Shown here piece after piece: positions 10,233 through 19,641 of a DNA stretch of 44,890 nt. Source of the stretch: a bacterium (GTDB lineage Bacteria; SZUA-182; DTGQ01). Within the stretch, counting starts at the first letter, position 1. Every line of letters starts with the position of its first letter. The stretch covers positions 1 through 44,890 of the forward strand of contig JBFMGO010000038.1 in NCBI GenBank assembly GCA_040752695.1. Reading direction: 5' to 3'. A program made the translations under genes and the position numbers. The notes under the pieces were generated by a model. That model had not been told where the DNA came from. It did no database searches and worked only from the letters and a program-made list of their open reading frames with translations.

Positions 10233-10601
10233 ATGAGGAAATTTTGGCCGGCTTTATTACTTTCAGGCCTGATCTTGATCGCAACCGCTGGTTGCAATCT
10301 CCCCAGCAAGCAATCCGAAGAGGAGCCGAGTGTAGGGGTAGAGGAAACAGTGAAGGAAAAGGAAGAAGCTGTAACTCCACAGGCTGAAGAGGCACCCGTG
10401 CACGAGGGAGTAGAGTCAGAAGCACCCGTGGAAAATGTGACCGAAGCACCAGCGGAGAACGCGACCGAAGCACCAGCGGAGAACGCGACCGAAGCACCAG
10501 CAGAAAGTATGACTGAGACACCGACTGAAGAAGGCACTCAGGCACACGAAGGGGATGTTCAGACCCCGGCAGAAGAGCATGCTCCCGAGGGGCAGCACTA
10601 A
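10233..10601 (+). CDS. Acidic low-complexity lipoprotein with TEAPAEN repeats
   Basis: Strong RBS AAGGAGGTG; lipobox IATAG-C; Glu/Ala/Pro/Thr-rich body with 24-bp tandem units. Confidence 0.85.
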   Translation: MRKFWPALLLSGLILIATAGCNLPSKQSEEEPSVGVEETVKEKEEAVTPQAEEAPVHEGVESEAPVENVTEAPAENATEAPAENATEAPAESMTETPTEEGTQAHEGDVQTPAEEHAPEGQH

Positions 10602-10636
10602 ACTTGAACGGGTGTAGTATTACTGAGTAAAAAAGA

Positions 10637-10679
10637 GTCAGGTCTTGAAGGGGCTGATCTTAGCTCTTCAAGACCTGAC
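10637..10679. repeat. REP-like palindrome or terminator hairpin
   Basis: GTCAGGTCTTGAAG...CTTCAAGACCTGAC inverted repeat 35 nt after the lipoprotein stop. Confidence 0.65.
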
Positions 10680-10761
10680 CGGTATCGATAACTAACTCTT
10701 TGCCACGAAAGCAGGGCTGGTTTCCTGTTTTTTCGCTCTTCGGTTTTGAGCCAAGAGCAAG

Positions 10762-10845
10762 AGGGTCAGGTTTACACTTTTGATAAATAAGCCTTCATTA
10801 TCAAATGAAGGCTTTAGGGAGTATCAAAGGTGTAGACTTGACCCT
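10762..10845. repeat. REP/MITE-like long imperfect palindrome
   Basis: AGGGTCAGGTTTACACTTTTGATA / TATCAAAGGTGTAGACTTGACCCT arms enclosing an inner AAGCCTTCATT/AATGAAGGCTT hairpin. Confidence 0.65.
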
Positions 10846-11036
10846 TGGGTAGCGAGCTGGCTTAAAAAAGAGCAATACAGTTCAATGATCGACACCAGGC
10901 CCTTTGAGAAAAAAACCACTCTCTTCTCCTGAAGATTTATTTACCTTGATTTCCCCCCCAAAAAAGGACCCTCTGCCTGATCCAGCATAATCCTTCACCC
11001 GATCCAGGACAGGGGAAAGTATTGACACTCTATTAT

Positions 11037-11105
11037 CAACAACCTTATTCACCGCCTAACAACAGCCTTATTCATCGCGAATCATCAACCTCATTCATTT
11101 CACCA
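11037..11105. repeat. Three 23-bp-period direct repeats upstream of the DksA/TraR gene
   Basis: CAACAACCTTATTCA (11037), CAACAGCCTTATTCA (11060) and CATCAACCTCATTCA (11083). Confidence 0.7.
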
Positions 11106-11205
11106 GGGGAGGTCGGATATAATAGCTGAAAAATTTTCAATAAGAGTATATGATTAGAGAGAAAAGGTAAATTTTCCCGATTCAATTTTTAAAGGAAGGC
11201 TACCA

Positions 11206-11583
11206 ATGCGAATTAATCGAAAATTAACGGATCGCGAACAGCATTTACTCCAAATACTGGCCATTGAAAAAGATAAGGCCGTAAAGGAAATTGCTCTCCT
11301 TTTAAATAAGGATGATCACGATGTCAGAACCATTGTGGATAGTGCAGCGGATAATGTTGATTATTCAGCAGTAGAAGAGAATAAGTCAACAGATTGGACG
11401 CTGATCAAATCCTACAATGAGAGGGTAAAAAGCATAGAAGATGCTATCTTCAGTCTGGCCAGGGGAGAATATGGCTTCTGCCGGCGATGCAGTCAGCCGA
11501 TATCGGAAAAGAGGCTTAATGCACTTCCTTTTGCCCATTACTGTATAACCTGCCAGAAAGAAATGGAAGAGATGGGGAAGTGA
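11206..11583 (+). CDS. DksA/TraR family C4 zinc-finger protein
   Basis: Coiled coil with DNVD tip, then GEYGFCRRC...I...RLNALPFAHYCITCQ. RBS AAGGAAGG. Confidence 0.88.
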   Translation: MRINRKLTDREQHLLQILAIEKDKAVKEIALLLNKDDHDVRTIVDSAADNVDYSAVEENKSTDWTLIKSYNERVKSIEDAIFSLARGEYGFCRRCSQPISEKRLNALPFAHYCITCQKEMEEMGK

Positions 11584-11776
11584 GGGAACAGGAGAAGGGA
11601 TCTATCTTAAAGACTCCTGCGGCGAGGAGCATCTGCATGAAAAGGGCATCCCTTGAAGGTGTGCATAAAGGGCAGGACAAGTCCTCCCTGCCCGTGGGAA
11701 GTTATTCTTGATTGAGGATAGATTCCGGGCGGTTGGTTGAAGATAAATTCCGGACAATACCAGAGAAAATGGTTTT

Positions 11777-14700
11777 TTATTTCTTCAATCCGCCTTTTTC
11801 CAACTCCTCCATTTTCCCGATGAGTTGATAGGCCGCAACCAGTCCCGGATTCAGTTGCAAAACCTGAGACAGCAAGGTGCGGGCTGATGCAAAGTCCCCC
11901 TGGTTGATAAATGCCACGGCCAGATTCATTCGCGCTTCGATATTATCCGGAGCCAAGGCTACCGTTTTCTGCCATTCCTGTACTGCCTCTTTTACCTTGC
12001 CCAGGTTGACGCAGGCAGCTCCAAGGCCGAAGTGGGCCTCAGGGCTTTGGGGGTCAGCCTTAAGTGCCTTTTGGTATTCTGCCGCCGCTTCGGTGAAATT
12101 TTGCCGGCTAAGAGCAAGATTGCCCAGATTACAATGTGCCTTGGCATTTTGGGGATCATACTGAAGGACCTTCCCCCACTCGCTCCGGGCTGCCTCGATC
12201 AGCCCCTGCCGCCAGAGAAGTACGCCAAGATTCAAATAGGCCTCAAGGTATTCCGGTCGAAGCAGGATGGCCTTTTGGTACGCTTGTACAGCCTGGTTAA
12301 GGTCGTGCTTTTGCGTGCAGGCCACTCCCAGGTTAAAGCAGCTTTCTGCGTTATTGGGATCAAGCTGCATGACGTGCCGGTACTCCGAAATAGCCTCGTC
12401 AATTCGTCCTTCCTGACCATAGGCAATTCCCAGGTTCAACCGGATACGGGGGTTATTGGGGTCCTTCTTCAAGAGCTCCTCATAGAGATCCAGTGCGCCT
12501 TCTACGTCGCCCAGGCGGCATTGCAAGCCTGCCAGTTGCAGTTGAGCCAGGGTATGGTCTGGATCGATCCGGATAAGCTGCTCATAGCACTCGATTGCCT
12601 TTTTGGCCAGAGCGGGATCTTTGCTCCTTTCCCAATCCTGCTCGTAGAGCCTGGCCAGGTTATAGCGGGCATCACCGTAGTTTGGATCACTCTGGATGGC
12701 CTGCTCAAACTCACGTCCGGCCTTTTGGAAGTGCTGCTGCTTCAGGTAGAGAATTCCCCGGTTGTTGTGAATTCCCGCATGGCGGGGGGCCAGCTTAAGA
12801 CCATGGTCAAGCAGTGGCCATGCCTTATGCTCTTCTCCTGCCTGAATGAACAGGGAAGCCTGATCGCTGTACAGGTCTGGGTTATCAGGGTTGTGCCGCA
12901 GTGCCTGGTCCAGCGTTTTACCGGCCTTTGCCCATTCCCCCTGCTGCCGGTACAGGGCTGCAAGGTTTTGATAGGGCCTGGGATTCTCCCGGTCCAGTTC
13001 GATAGCCCGCCTGTATGCTTCGACCGCTTTTTTGATCTTGCCCTGCCCGGCCAGAATAACTCCGCGGTTATTGTGAACATCGGGCTGGTCCGGTTTCAGG
13101 ACAAGTGCCCGGTCAAACCAGGTGAGAGCCTGATCCGGCCGGTCAAGCCGTGTGCAGGCAAGGCCAAGGTTATAGAAGATCTGATAGTGATCCGCATTGG
13201 ATTCCAAACTCCGGGTGAGTTCTCCGATTGCCTTCTCATACTCACCCTGCTCAAGATATACAAGAGCCAGGCAAATCCGCGCATCTGCGTAGCCTGCAGA
13301 TGCGGAACTGCTGAGCGACTGGCTTCTGTTTATCACCTGTAAAAATTCCATCCGGGCTAAATCCCACTCCTTTAAAAAGGTATAAACCTGACCAAGAAGA
13401 AAGCGCACAAAAAGGTCAGCCGGGTTTTGCCGGCTGACCGGCACCAATATCCCTTTGGCTTTTTCATACTCTTTTTCGTTTATCCAGGATGCGGCAAGGT
13501 CAATTTCATCCTGCACCTTTATCATGTCTTTGGGATCAGGAAGGGAGTGCAGGGAATGCAAAGTGCCGCTCGATGCCGGATGCTGGTCGCTGCTGGATGC
13601 CTCATCCTGACTTTGGTCTGCTGGTTCTTGGCTTCTGGTCCATACATACCCAAGGCTTCGAAGCCGTTCTTTTGCTTCAGGATCAAGTGCCACGTGGGTG
13701 CCTTCAGGAGACTTTTTGCTGGTGATCCGTTTTTTCAATTGTTCGAGCTGCATCGCCCACTGCTGCTGCCAGGAGGCATTATCAGCCTGCTGACCGGCAA
13801 GGTTGTTCATCTCCGAAGGGTCCCGGGCCAGGTGATAGAGCTCAGGTCTGGGGGCCAGGATGTATTTCCAATCACGGGTTCTGATTCCTTCAAGGGGGCT
13901 CCAGCCGTGATTGATCTGCGGGTAGAGGGTTTCCAAGTAGAGCGAAAGCCCGAGTGAATCCTTTTTCCCCTGAATCACTTCCGTTAAATCGATTCCTTCG
14001 CAGGAGTCCGGTGTTGGCAAACCGGCAAGAGGCAGGATAGTGGGCATGATATCCAGGGTTCGGACAAACTCTGCGATGGTTTTCCCTTCGGGGAGCTTTT
14101 TCGGGTAGCGCATGATGAGGGGAACATGCAGCGTGGTATCATAGATAAAGATAGCATGGGTCTTTTCGCTGTGTTCTCCGAGTCCTTCGCCGTGATCCGA
14201 GGTCAACACGACCAGCGTATCGTCCAGTATCCCCAGGGCTTGCAGGTGATCCAGAAGGACACCGATCCAGTGGTCTGTATAGGCGATTTCCCCGTCATAG
14301 GGATGGCCTTTGTACTGCTCGGCAAAGGGGCTGGGAGGGTGATAGTTGGCGTGCGGGTCAAAGTAGTGGACCCAGGTAAAAAACGTTGAGTCTGCATTCC
14401 GGCTGATCCAGGACATGGCAGACTGGGTCACCTGTTCCGCGCTTCTTTCGCTGTCAAGGAAAGCTACCTTCTCCTTTGGATCCAGGGCATCGTCATAAGA
14501 GTCAAAACCCTGGTCCAGCCCGTAGCGGGAGTCAAGGACATAGGCGCTCACAAAAGCTGCGGTCCGGTACCCATGCTGATGGAGTGCCCTGGCCAGCGTA
14601 GTGCTGTGCTCAGATACGCGAAACGTACCGTTATCCCTTACCCCTGTCTGGATTGGATACTGGCCGGTCATGATGGTGGTGTGAGAGGGGAGGGTGATCG

Positions 14701-15010
14701 GCACCGGAGTATAGGCATGGGTAAATTGTACCCCGGACCTGGCCATACCATCAATGGAAGGGGTTTGAACGCCGCCATAGCCATAACAACCCAGATGATC
14801 GGCCCTGAGCGTATCTATGGTGATCAGAAGCACATTGGCCTTTGGGCCACGACCGCCCTTGCCCTCGGGAGCGGCGCTCACTTGCCGCAGCCGGGAAAGG
14901 GAGCACCCAGAGTAAAGGCACAGGAAACCGAAAAACAGGGCAAGAAGGGTTGCTCTTCTTGCCCTGTCAGGATCAGACCCCGTATGGTGTGTGATGATGT
15001 TTTTCCCCAT
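11777..15010 (-). CDS. Sulfatase-like hydrolase/transferase (alkaline phosphatase superfamily) lipoprotein with long TPR array
   Basis: Lipobox-like LYSG-C; IDTLRADH, PITLPSH..IMTG, HYFDPH and TSDHGE motifs; about 16 TPRs in the C-terminal half. Confidence 0.88.
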   Translation of the reverse strand: MGKNIITHHTGSDPDRARRATLLALFFGFLCLYSGCSLSRLRQVSAAPEGKGGRGPKANVLLITIDTLRADHLGCYGYGGVQTPSIDGMARSGVQFTHAYTPVPITLPSHTTIMTGQYPIQTGVRDNGTFRVSEHSTTLARALHQHGYRTAAFVSAYVLDSRYGLDQGFDSYDDALDPKEKVAFLDSERSAEQVTQSAMSWISRNADSTFFTWVHYFDPHANYHPPSPFAEQYKGHPYDGEIAYTDHWIGVLLDHLQALGILDDTLVVLTSDHGEGLGEHSEKTHAIFIYDTTLHVPLIMRYPKKLPEGKTIAEFVRTLDIMPTILPLAGLPTPDSCEGIDLTEVIQGKKDSLGLSLYLETLYPQINHGWSPLEGIRTRDWKYILAPRPELYHLARDPSEMNNLAGQQADNASWQQQWAMQLEQLKKRITSKKSPEGTHVALDPEAKERLRSLGYVWTRSQEPADQSQDEASSSDQHPASSGTLHSLHSLPDPKDMIKVQDEIDLAASWINEKEYEKAKGILVPVSRQNPADLFVRFLLGQVYTFLKEWDLARMEFLQVINRSQSLSSSASAGYADARICLALVYLEQGEYEKAIGELTRSLESNADHYQIFYNLGLACTRLDRPDQALTWFDRALVLKPDQPDVHNNRGVILAGQGKIKKAVEAYRRAIELDRENPRPYQNLAALYRQQGEWAKAGKTLDQALRHNPDNPDLYSDQASLFIQAGEEHKAWPLLDHGLKLAPRHAGIHNNRGILYLKQQHFQKAGREFEQAIQSDPNYGDARYNLARLYEQDWERSKDPALAKKAIECYEQLIRIDPDHTLAQLQLAGLQCRLGDVEGALDLYEELLKKDPNNPRIRLNLGIAYGQEGRIDEAISEYRHVMQLDPNNAESCFNLGVACTQKHDLNQAVQAYQKAILLRPEYLEAYLNLGVLLWRQGLIEAARSEWGKVLQYDPQNAKAHCNLGNLALSRQNFTEAAAEYQKALKADPQSPEAHFGLGAACVNLGKVKEAVQEWQKTVALAPDNIEARMNLAVAFINQGDFASARTLLSQVLQLNPGLVAAYQLIGKMEELEKGGLKK

Positions 15011-15013
15011 CCT

Positions 15014-17875
15014 TTATTTGCCCATAGCCGCTCTGGCCCTGTCCAGAAGCATCTGGGCTTCCATGTAACCCGGCTGAATCTGCAAAACCCTCTGAAGAGA
15101 CTCAGCGGCCTTATCCATCTGTCCCAGGAAGAAATAGCAGTAACCCAGGCCATAATGACCCATGGGGTTCTCAGGGTGGAGATCGACTGATTTTTGGTAG
15201 TAGCTGACTGCCTGATTATAGTCACCCAGATTGGCGTAGAGAATGGCCAGATTGACCAGGCCCTCAAGGCAGGCAGGATCGATTTCCAGCCCCTTCTTGT
15301 ACTCCTGCTCAGCCTGATCCAGTAACCCTTGGGCAAAATAGGTCATCCCAAGGTTCACATGTACCTGGATGCTTTGGGGATTCATTGCGTTGGCCTTAAG
15401 ATACGCCTCCAGTGCCTGGTCATATTTACCCTGATTATAGTAGGCCACACCCAGATTGATGATTGCCTCAATGTTTTGGGGATCTACCTGAAGGGCTTTC
15501 TGGTATTCGGTAATGGCTTCTTCGATCTTTTGCTGATTAAAGTAGGCTATTCCCAGGTTGACGTGGCAGGGAGCATTGTCTGGATTGATCTGCAGTGCCT
15601 CCTGATATTCCTTTATTGCCGAATCTAACTGCCCCAGGCGGTAATAGGCTATACCCAGGTTGTAGTGGGCCTCAACAGAGTGAGGGTCAAGAGAGATTGC
15701 CTTTTCAAATTGTGGAACAGCCTCGGTAAATTTTCCGTTGCGCACATACATGGTGCCCAGGCAGTTGTAAATCTTCGGCATGTTCGGATTGATTTGTCTG
15801 GCTTTTTCAAGCTCCGCGAAGGCATGATCATACATTTCCTTGCCGATATAGGCGGAGGCCAGATTGACCCGGCCCTCGACATGCTTCGGATCCAGCTTCA
15901 AAAGACCCTGAAATTCCTCGATGGCTCTGTCAAAATCTCCCAGGCTGATCAGCACGCTGCCGAGATTGTTGTAAGCGTCAATATAGGTGGGGTCTAGTTG
16001 ATGTGACTTTTCGATGTATTCCTTGGCCTTCTGATAATCTCCCCGGACCAGATAGACGCTGCCGATGTTATTGTACGCTTTATGATTTTTCAGATTCATC
16101 TGCCTGGACTGCTCGAAATACTTCATGGCCTGGTCATAGTCTTTCATGGAGAAGTAAACCACACCCATATTTTCGACCGATTCTTCATAGTCAGGGTTCA
16201 GCTCAAGGGCTTTGCGGAATTGCTCCAGTGCCTTGTCGTACTGGCCGAGCCGGTTATACACGGTGCCAAGGTCATTGTAGGCGCTTACATAGCGGGGATC
16301 AAGCCGCAGGGTTTCCTCAAATTCCCGTATGGCCTGATCCGTCTTTCCTGTCTGATCGTAGATATAGCCAAGGACAAAGTGGGTGAATACATCGTTGGGG
16401 TTAACCTTTAACACGGCCTGAAACTGCTCCACAGCCTTTTCTGTGTTACCCTGGCCAAAATAATAGGTCCCCATATTCAGATAATCAAGGGTGTTGATCA
16501 TATCCTTGGGATCAGGGTAGAGGGCTATGGTTTTCTTTTCCGGGGCCTCATGCACGGTGGCTACATACCCGAGACTTCGCAGTCTCTTTGTTGTTTCCTG
16601 ATCCATGGTTACCTTCTTTGACTGGGTCTGGCCAAGGGCGATCCTCTTTTTTAACGCCTCCAACTGCTGGTCCAGCTTTTCAGCCACTTCCCGCCGGCTT
16701 GAATAGAGGTTTTTCAGTTGCTTTCGGTCCTCCACCATGTCATAAAGTTCCGACTTTGGTGCCTGAATATAAACCCACTCTTTGGTCCTTAAGCCCTCAA
16801 GCGGGCTCCACCCGTGATTATAGAGTGGATAATAGGTTTCACAGAAAAACTCCGACCTTGGGGGCTCATCTTTTCCCTGAAACAGCCCCATCAGGCTTTT
16901 CCCCTGGCAGTTTTTCTCCTGTTTGGCAGAAACGAGGTCCAGGACCGTTGGGAAAATGTCAATCGTGGATACCTCCGTGGGGATTTCCACTCCCTGGGGC
17001 AGGAGCTTGGGATATCGGAAGATCAGAGGAACATGGAGGGTGGAATCATAAATAAAGATGGCGTGGGTTTTTTCTCCATGATCGCCCAGCCCTTCACCAT
17101 GGTCAGCAGTGAGGATGATCATGGTCCGATCCCAGAGGTTCATCTCCTTGAGTGTGTTTATGAACTTGCTCAGCATCTGGTCCGTATAGGAAATCTCCCC
17201 ATCGTAGAGGTTGTCCTTATAGGCAGTAAGAAAGGGTTCGGGAGGCTCATAGGGAGCGTGCGGATCGAAACAGTGCATCCAGAGGAAAAAGGGCTTGCTG
17301 CTCCCGTGTGCTTTCAGCCACTTGTCAGCTTCAGTGACTACATCCTCAGCCTTTCGCTCGTTATAGAGAAGGAGCGGCTGGCTCTGGTCCTTGCTCATGT
17401 AATCGTCGAAGACATCGAATCCCTGGTCCAGGCCAAACCTGCGGTCAAGAACAAAGGACCCCACAAAAGCTGCGGTTTGATAGCCCCGGCCTTTGAGAAC
17501 CTCTGCCATGGTCAATAGTTCCGGCCCGGCTACGAAGGTTCCATTGTTGCGAACACCGTGAGAGAGAGGGTAAAGGCCGGTCATCATGGAGATGTGAGAA
17601 GGTAATGTTACCGGAACCGGTGTGTAACACTGGGTAAAAGTTGCTCCTTCCCTGGCCAACTGGTCAATAGTGGGTGTCTTGGTGCCGCTGTAGCCGTAGC
17701 AGCCCAGATGATCGGCCCGCAGCGTGTCGATGCTGATCAGTACGATGTTGAATTCCGGGGCCTTTGCCTGCCGGAGTAAACTGCCAGTCTGATGGCACCC
17801 TGCCATCAGCACCAATAAACCAAGAAGACCGGAAAACAGCGTCCTGGTTCTGATAGTTTTGATAATACCTGTCAT
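15014..17875 (-). CDS. Sulfatase-like hydrolase/transferase lipoprotein with long TPR array (paralog of the downstream gene)
   Basis: Lipobox LMAG-C; IDTLRADH, PVTLPSH..MMTG, HCFDPH and TADHGE motifs; about 14 TPRs. Its stop lies 3 nt before the next start. Confidence 0.9.
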   Translation of the reverse strand: MTGIIKTIRTRTLFSGLLGLLVLMAGCHQTGSLLRQAKAPEFNIVLISIDTLRADHLGCYGYSGTKTPTIDQLAREGATFTQCYTPVPVTLPSHISMMTGLYPLSHGVRNNGTFVAGPELLTMAEVLKGRGYQTAAFVGSFVLDRRFGLDQGFDVFDDYMSKDQSQPLLLYNERKAEDVVTEADKWLKAHGSSKPFFLWMHCFDPHAPYEPPEPFLTAYKDNLYDGEISYTDQMLSKFINTLKEMNLWDRTMIILTADHGEGLGDHGEKTHAIFIYDSTLHVPLIFRYPKLLPQGVEIPTEVSTIDIFPTVLDLVSAKQEKNCQGKSLMGLFQGKDEPPRSEFFCETYYPLYNHGWSPLEGLRTKEWVYIQAPKSELYDMVEDRKQLKNLYSSRREVAEKLDQQLEALKKRIALGQTQSKKVTMDQETTKRLRSLGYVATVHEAPEKKTIALYPDPKDMINTLDYLNMGTYYFGQGNTEKAVEQFQAVLKVNPNDVFTHFVLGYIYDQTGKTDQAIREFEETLRLDPRYVSAYNDLGTVYNRLGQYDKALEQFRKALELNPDYEESVENMGVVYFSMKDYDQAMKYFEQSRQMNLKNHKAYNNIGSVYLVRGDYQKAKEYIEKSHQLDPTYIDAYNNLGSVLISLGDFDRAIEEFQGLLKLDPKHVEGRVNLASAYIGKEMYDHAFAELEKARQINPNMPKIYNCLGTMYVRNGKFTEAVPQFEKAISLDPHSVEAHYNLGIAYYRLGQLDSAIKEYQEALQINPDNAPCHVNLGIAYFNQQKIEEAITEYQKALQVDPQNIEAIINLGVAYYNQGKYDQALEAYLKANAMNPQSIQVHVNLGMTYFAQGLLDQAEQEYKKGLEIDPACLEGLVNLAILYANLGDYNQAVSYYQKSVDLHPENPMGHYGLGYCYFFLGQMDKAAESLQRVLQIQPGYMEAQMLLDRARAAMGK

Positions 17876-17955
17876 GATAAACCCTCACTTGAGTCTATGG
17901 AAACAAAGTAAAAAATACGTGCATTTTTCTCTCTTAAGCCTGTCTAACCGCTGGA

Positions 17956-17971
17956 TGCAGAATCTGTGCCA
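17956..17971 (-). promoter_or_regulatory. Putative sigma54 (-24/-12) promoter of the sulfatase-like TPR operon
   Basis: Minus strand reads TGGCACA-GATT-CTGCA, a near-consensus site about 80 nt upstream of ATG 17875. Confidence 0.65.
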
Positions 17972-18074
17972 GGCGGGAAGTGGCAGCCGTGATCTTTAAT
18001 TTTTTCAAAGAGATAAGGCTCTATTCAAGAGCATATGATCCTCTCTTTCCTGTGCATAAATAATACAGGGGAAT

Positions 18075-18203
18075 TCAGCAGCAAGCAAGCCGGAAGCCGG
18101 CAGTCAGCAGCCAGCAGTCAGAAGTCAGGTGCCAGAAATCAGCCCCGGCAGCAGGCAAAAGTCAGCAGCCAGGAAAAAGTCATTTGCAGATCCGGCATCC
18201 AGC
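18075..18203. repeat. Degenerate heptamer tandem repeat (STRR-like)
   Basis: AGCCGGA AGCCGGC AGTCAGC AGCCAGC AGTCAGA AGTCAGG TGCCAGA..., plus CCGGCATCCAG next to the ychF-like stop. Confidence 0.7.
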
Positions 18204-18206
18204 CTG

Positions 18207-19241
18207 TTATACATTGAATCTGAAGTTGATGATATCTCCGTCCTTAACCTCATACTCTTTTCCCTCAAGGCGCATGAGTCCCTTTTTTTTGATTTCGGCC
18301 ATATTCTGGTGTTGGATGAAATCGTCATAAGAGACCACTTCAGCCCGAATGAATCCCCTCTCGATATCGGAATGGATCTTTCCTGCTGCTTTCACTGCGG
18401 GTGTTCCCCGGTTAATCGTCCAGGATCGAACCTCGTCCTTGCCCACCGTGAAGAAGCTGATCAGATTCATCATGGCGTAGCTTTCCCGGATAAATTTGTC
18501 TCTGGCCGACTCCTCTAGCCCCATCTCCCGCAGGAAATCTGCCTGCTCCTTCTGGGGTAACTGGCTGATTTCCTCTTCCAGAGATCCTTTGATCTCCATG
18601 ACCCGAAGCCCCCGTCCCTGGCAATATTCCTGTATCGAGGCATAGAGGCCACTGTCAAATCCCGACTCAGAGGCATTGATAACCACCATGGTCGGCCTTA
18701 TGCTCAGGAAGGCAAAACCGGCGATTTGCTTAAGCTCGGTTTCCTCCAAGTGTAAAAGGCGCAATGGTTTTTCTTCATCCAGGCAGGCATGAACTTTCTC
18801 CATGGTTTGAATCAATTTCTGATCCTTGCGCTCCTTTCGTAGGGTGTTGAGGGATTTATCAGCAATGGCAAAATCGGAAAAGAGCAGTTCGCTCTCCAGT
18901 GAGGTTAGATCTTCCTTCGGGTGAAAATCCTCTCTCCCGTCATCAAACCCTTTGGCGACCAGTACCAGCGCATCCATGGTCTTAAGTTTTTCCAGGACCT
19001 TGGTGGAAAATTTTTCCTCCATCGGCATGGCTACGTCCGCAAAAGTGATTTCTGCATAGGTGGTTTTCTTCGGCTCATAAATGCGAGAGAGAGCATCGAT
19101 CCGCTCATCCGGGATCTTGATCAGGCCCAGGTTAACATCCTGCTCCGAGGAGTATCCCCCTGTTTTGGCAGTCAGCCCGGTCAGTGAATTAAAGATAGTT
19201 GTCTTACCGCTCCCTTTGAGTCCCGTAATTCCAACTTTCAT
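18207..19241 (-). CDS. ychF: YchF/Obg-family ATPase paralog (DUF933/TGS C-terminus)
   Basis: P-loop GLKGSGKT, IPDERI..L...Y.PKK, SFFTVGKDEVRSW, AAGKIHSDIERGFIRAEV and RLEGKEY.VKDGDII.FRFNV. The G2 and G3 motifs are atypical. Confidence 0.85.
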   Translation of the reverse strand: MKVGITGLKGSGKTTIFNSLTGLTAKTGGYSSEQDVNLGLIKIPDERIDALSRIYEPKKTTYAEITFADVAMPMEEKFSTKVLEKLKTMDALVLVAKGFDDGREDFHPKEDLTSLESELLFSDFAIADKSLNTLRKERKDQKLIQTMEKVHACLDEEKPLRLLHLEETELKQIAGFAFLSIRPTMVVINASESGFDSGLYASIQEYCQGRGLRVMEIKGSLEEEISQLPQKEQADFLREMGLEESARDKFIRESYAMMNLISFFTVGKDEVRSWTINRGTPAVKAAGKIHSDIERGFIRAEVVSYDDFIQHQNMAEIKKKGLMRLEGKEYEVKDGDIINFRFNV

Positions 19242-19641
19242 GATTATTTATCTCCATGATACATTCCACCGGGAGTGCAGGGTGTCAGCGGCAGAAAAGA
19301 CCATTTCCCGCTTTGTGCAGTACACTCCTTGAGGATACTGATGTTTTTATAAAACAGGTTTATTTCCCCCTAGAGTTCCTCTGATTATGTATGAATGAAC
19401 AAGAGGATTAACAATGTGGGTAGTATAACCAAAAGAGTATAATAAAATCAATCTTTGATTGATGAGAGGAAAAATTATGAAAGATGCGCCCATGCCTGAA
19501 TTCTGGCTTCTGATTACTTTACCTGATGGTAAATATCCGAAAAATCAGGTATAATATTTTCTAGTAACAGGAATGATATCCTGGAGTAAACGATGGAGCA
19601 ATAGGCAGGGTTATTCATCAATCTCAAGGAGCTAAAAGGAT

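Noticed and set aside
12032..13342. 436-aa plus-strand ORF, and similar long antisense ORFs such as 30746-31813 and 16814-17518
   Set aside because: Antisense shadows of well-supported genes, with no motifs of their own.
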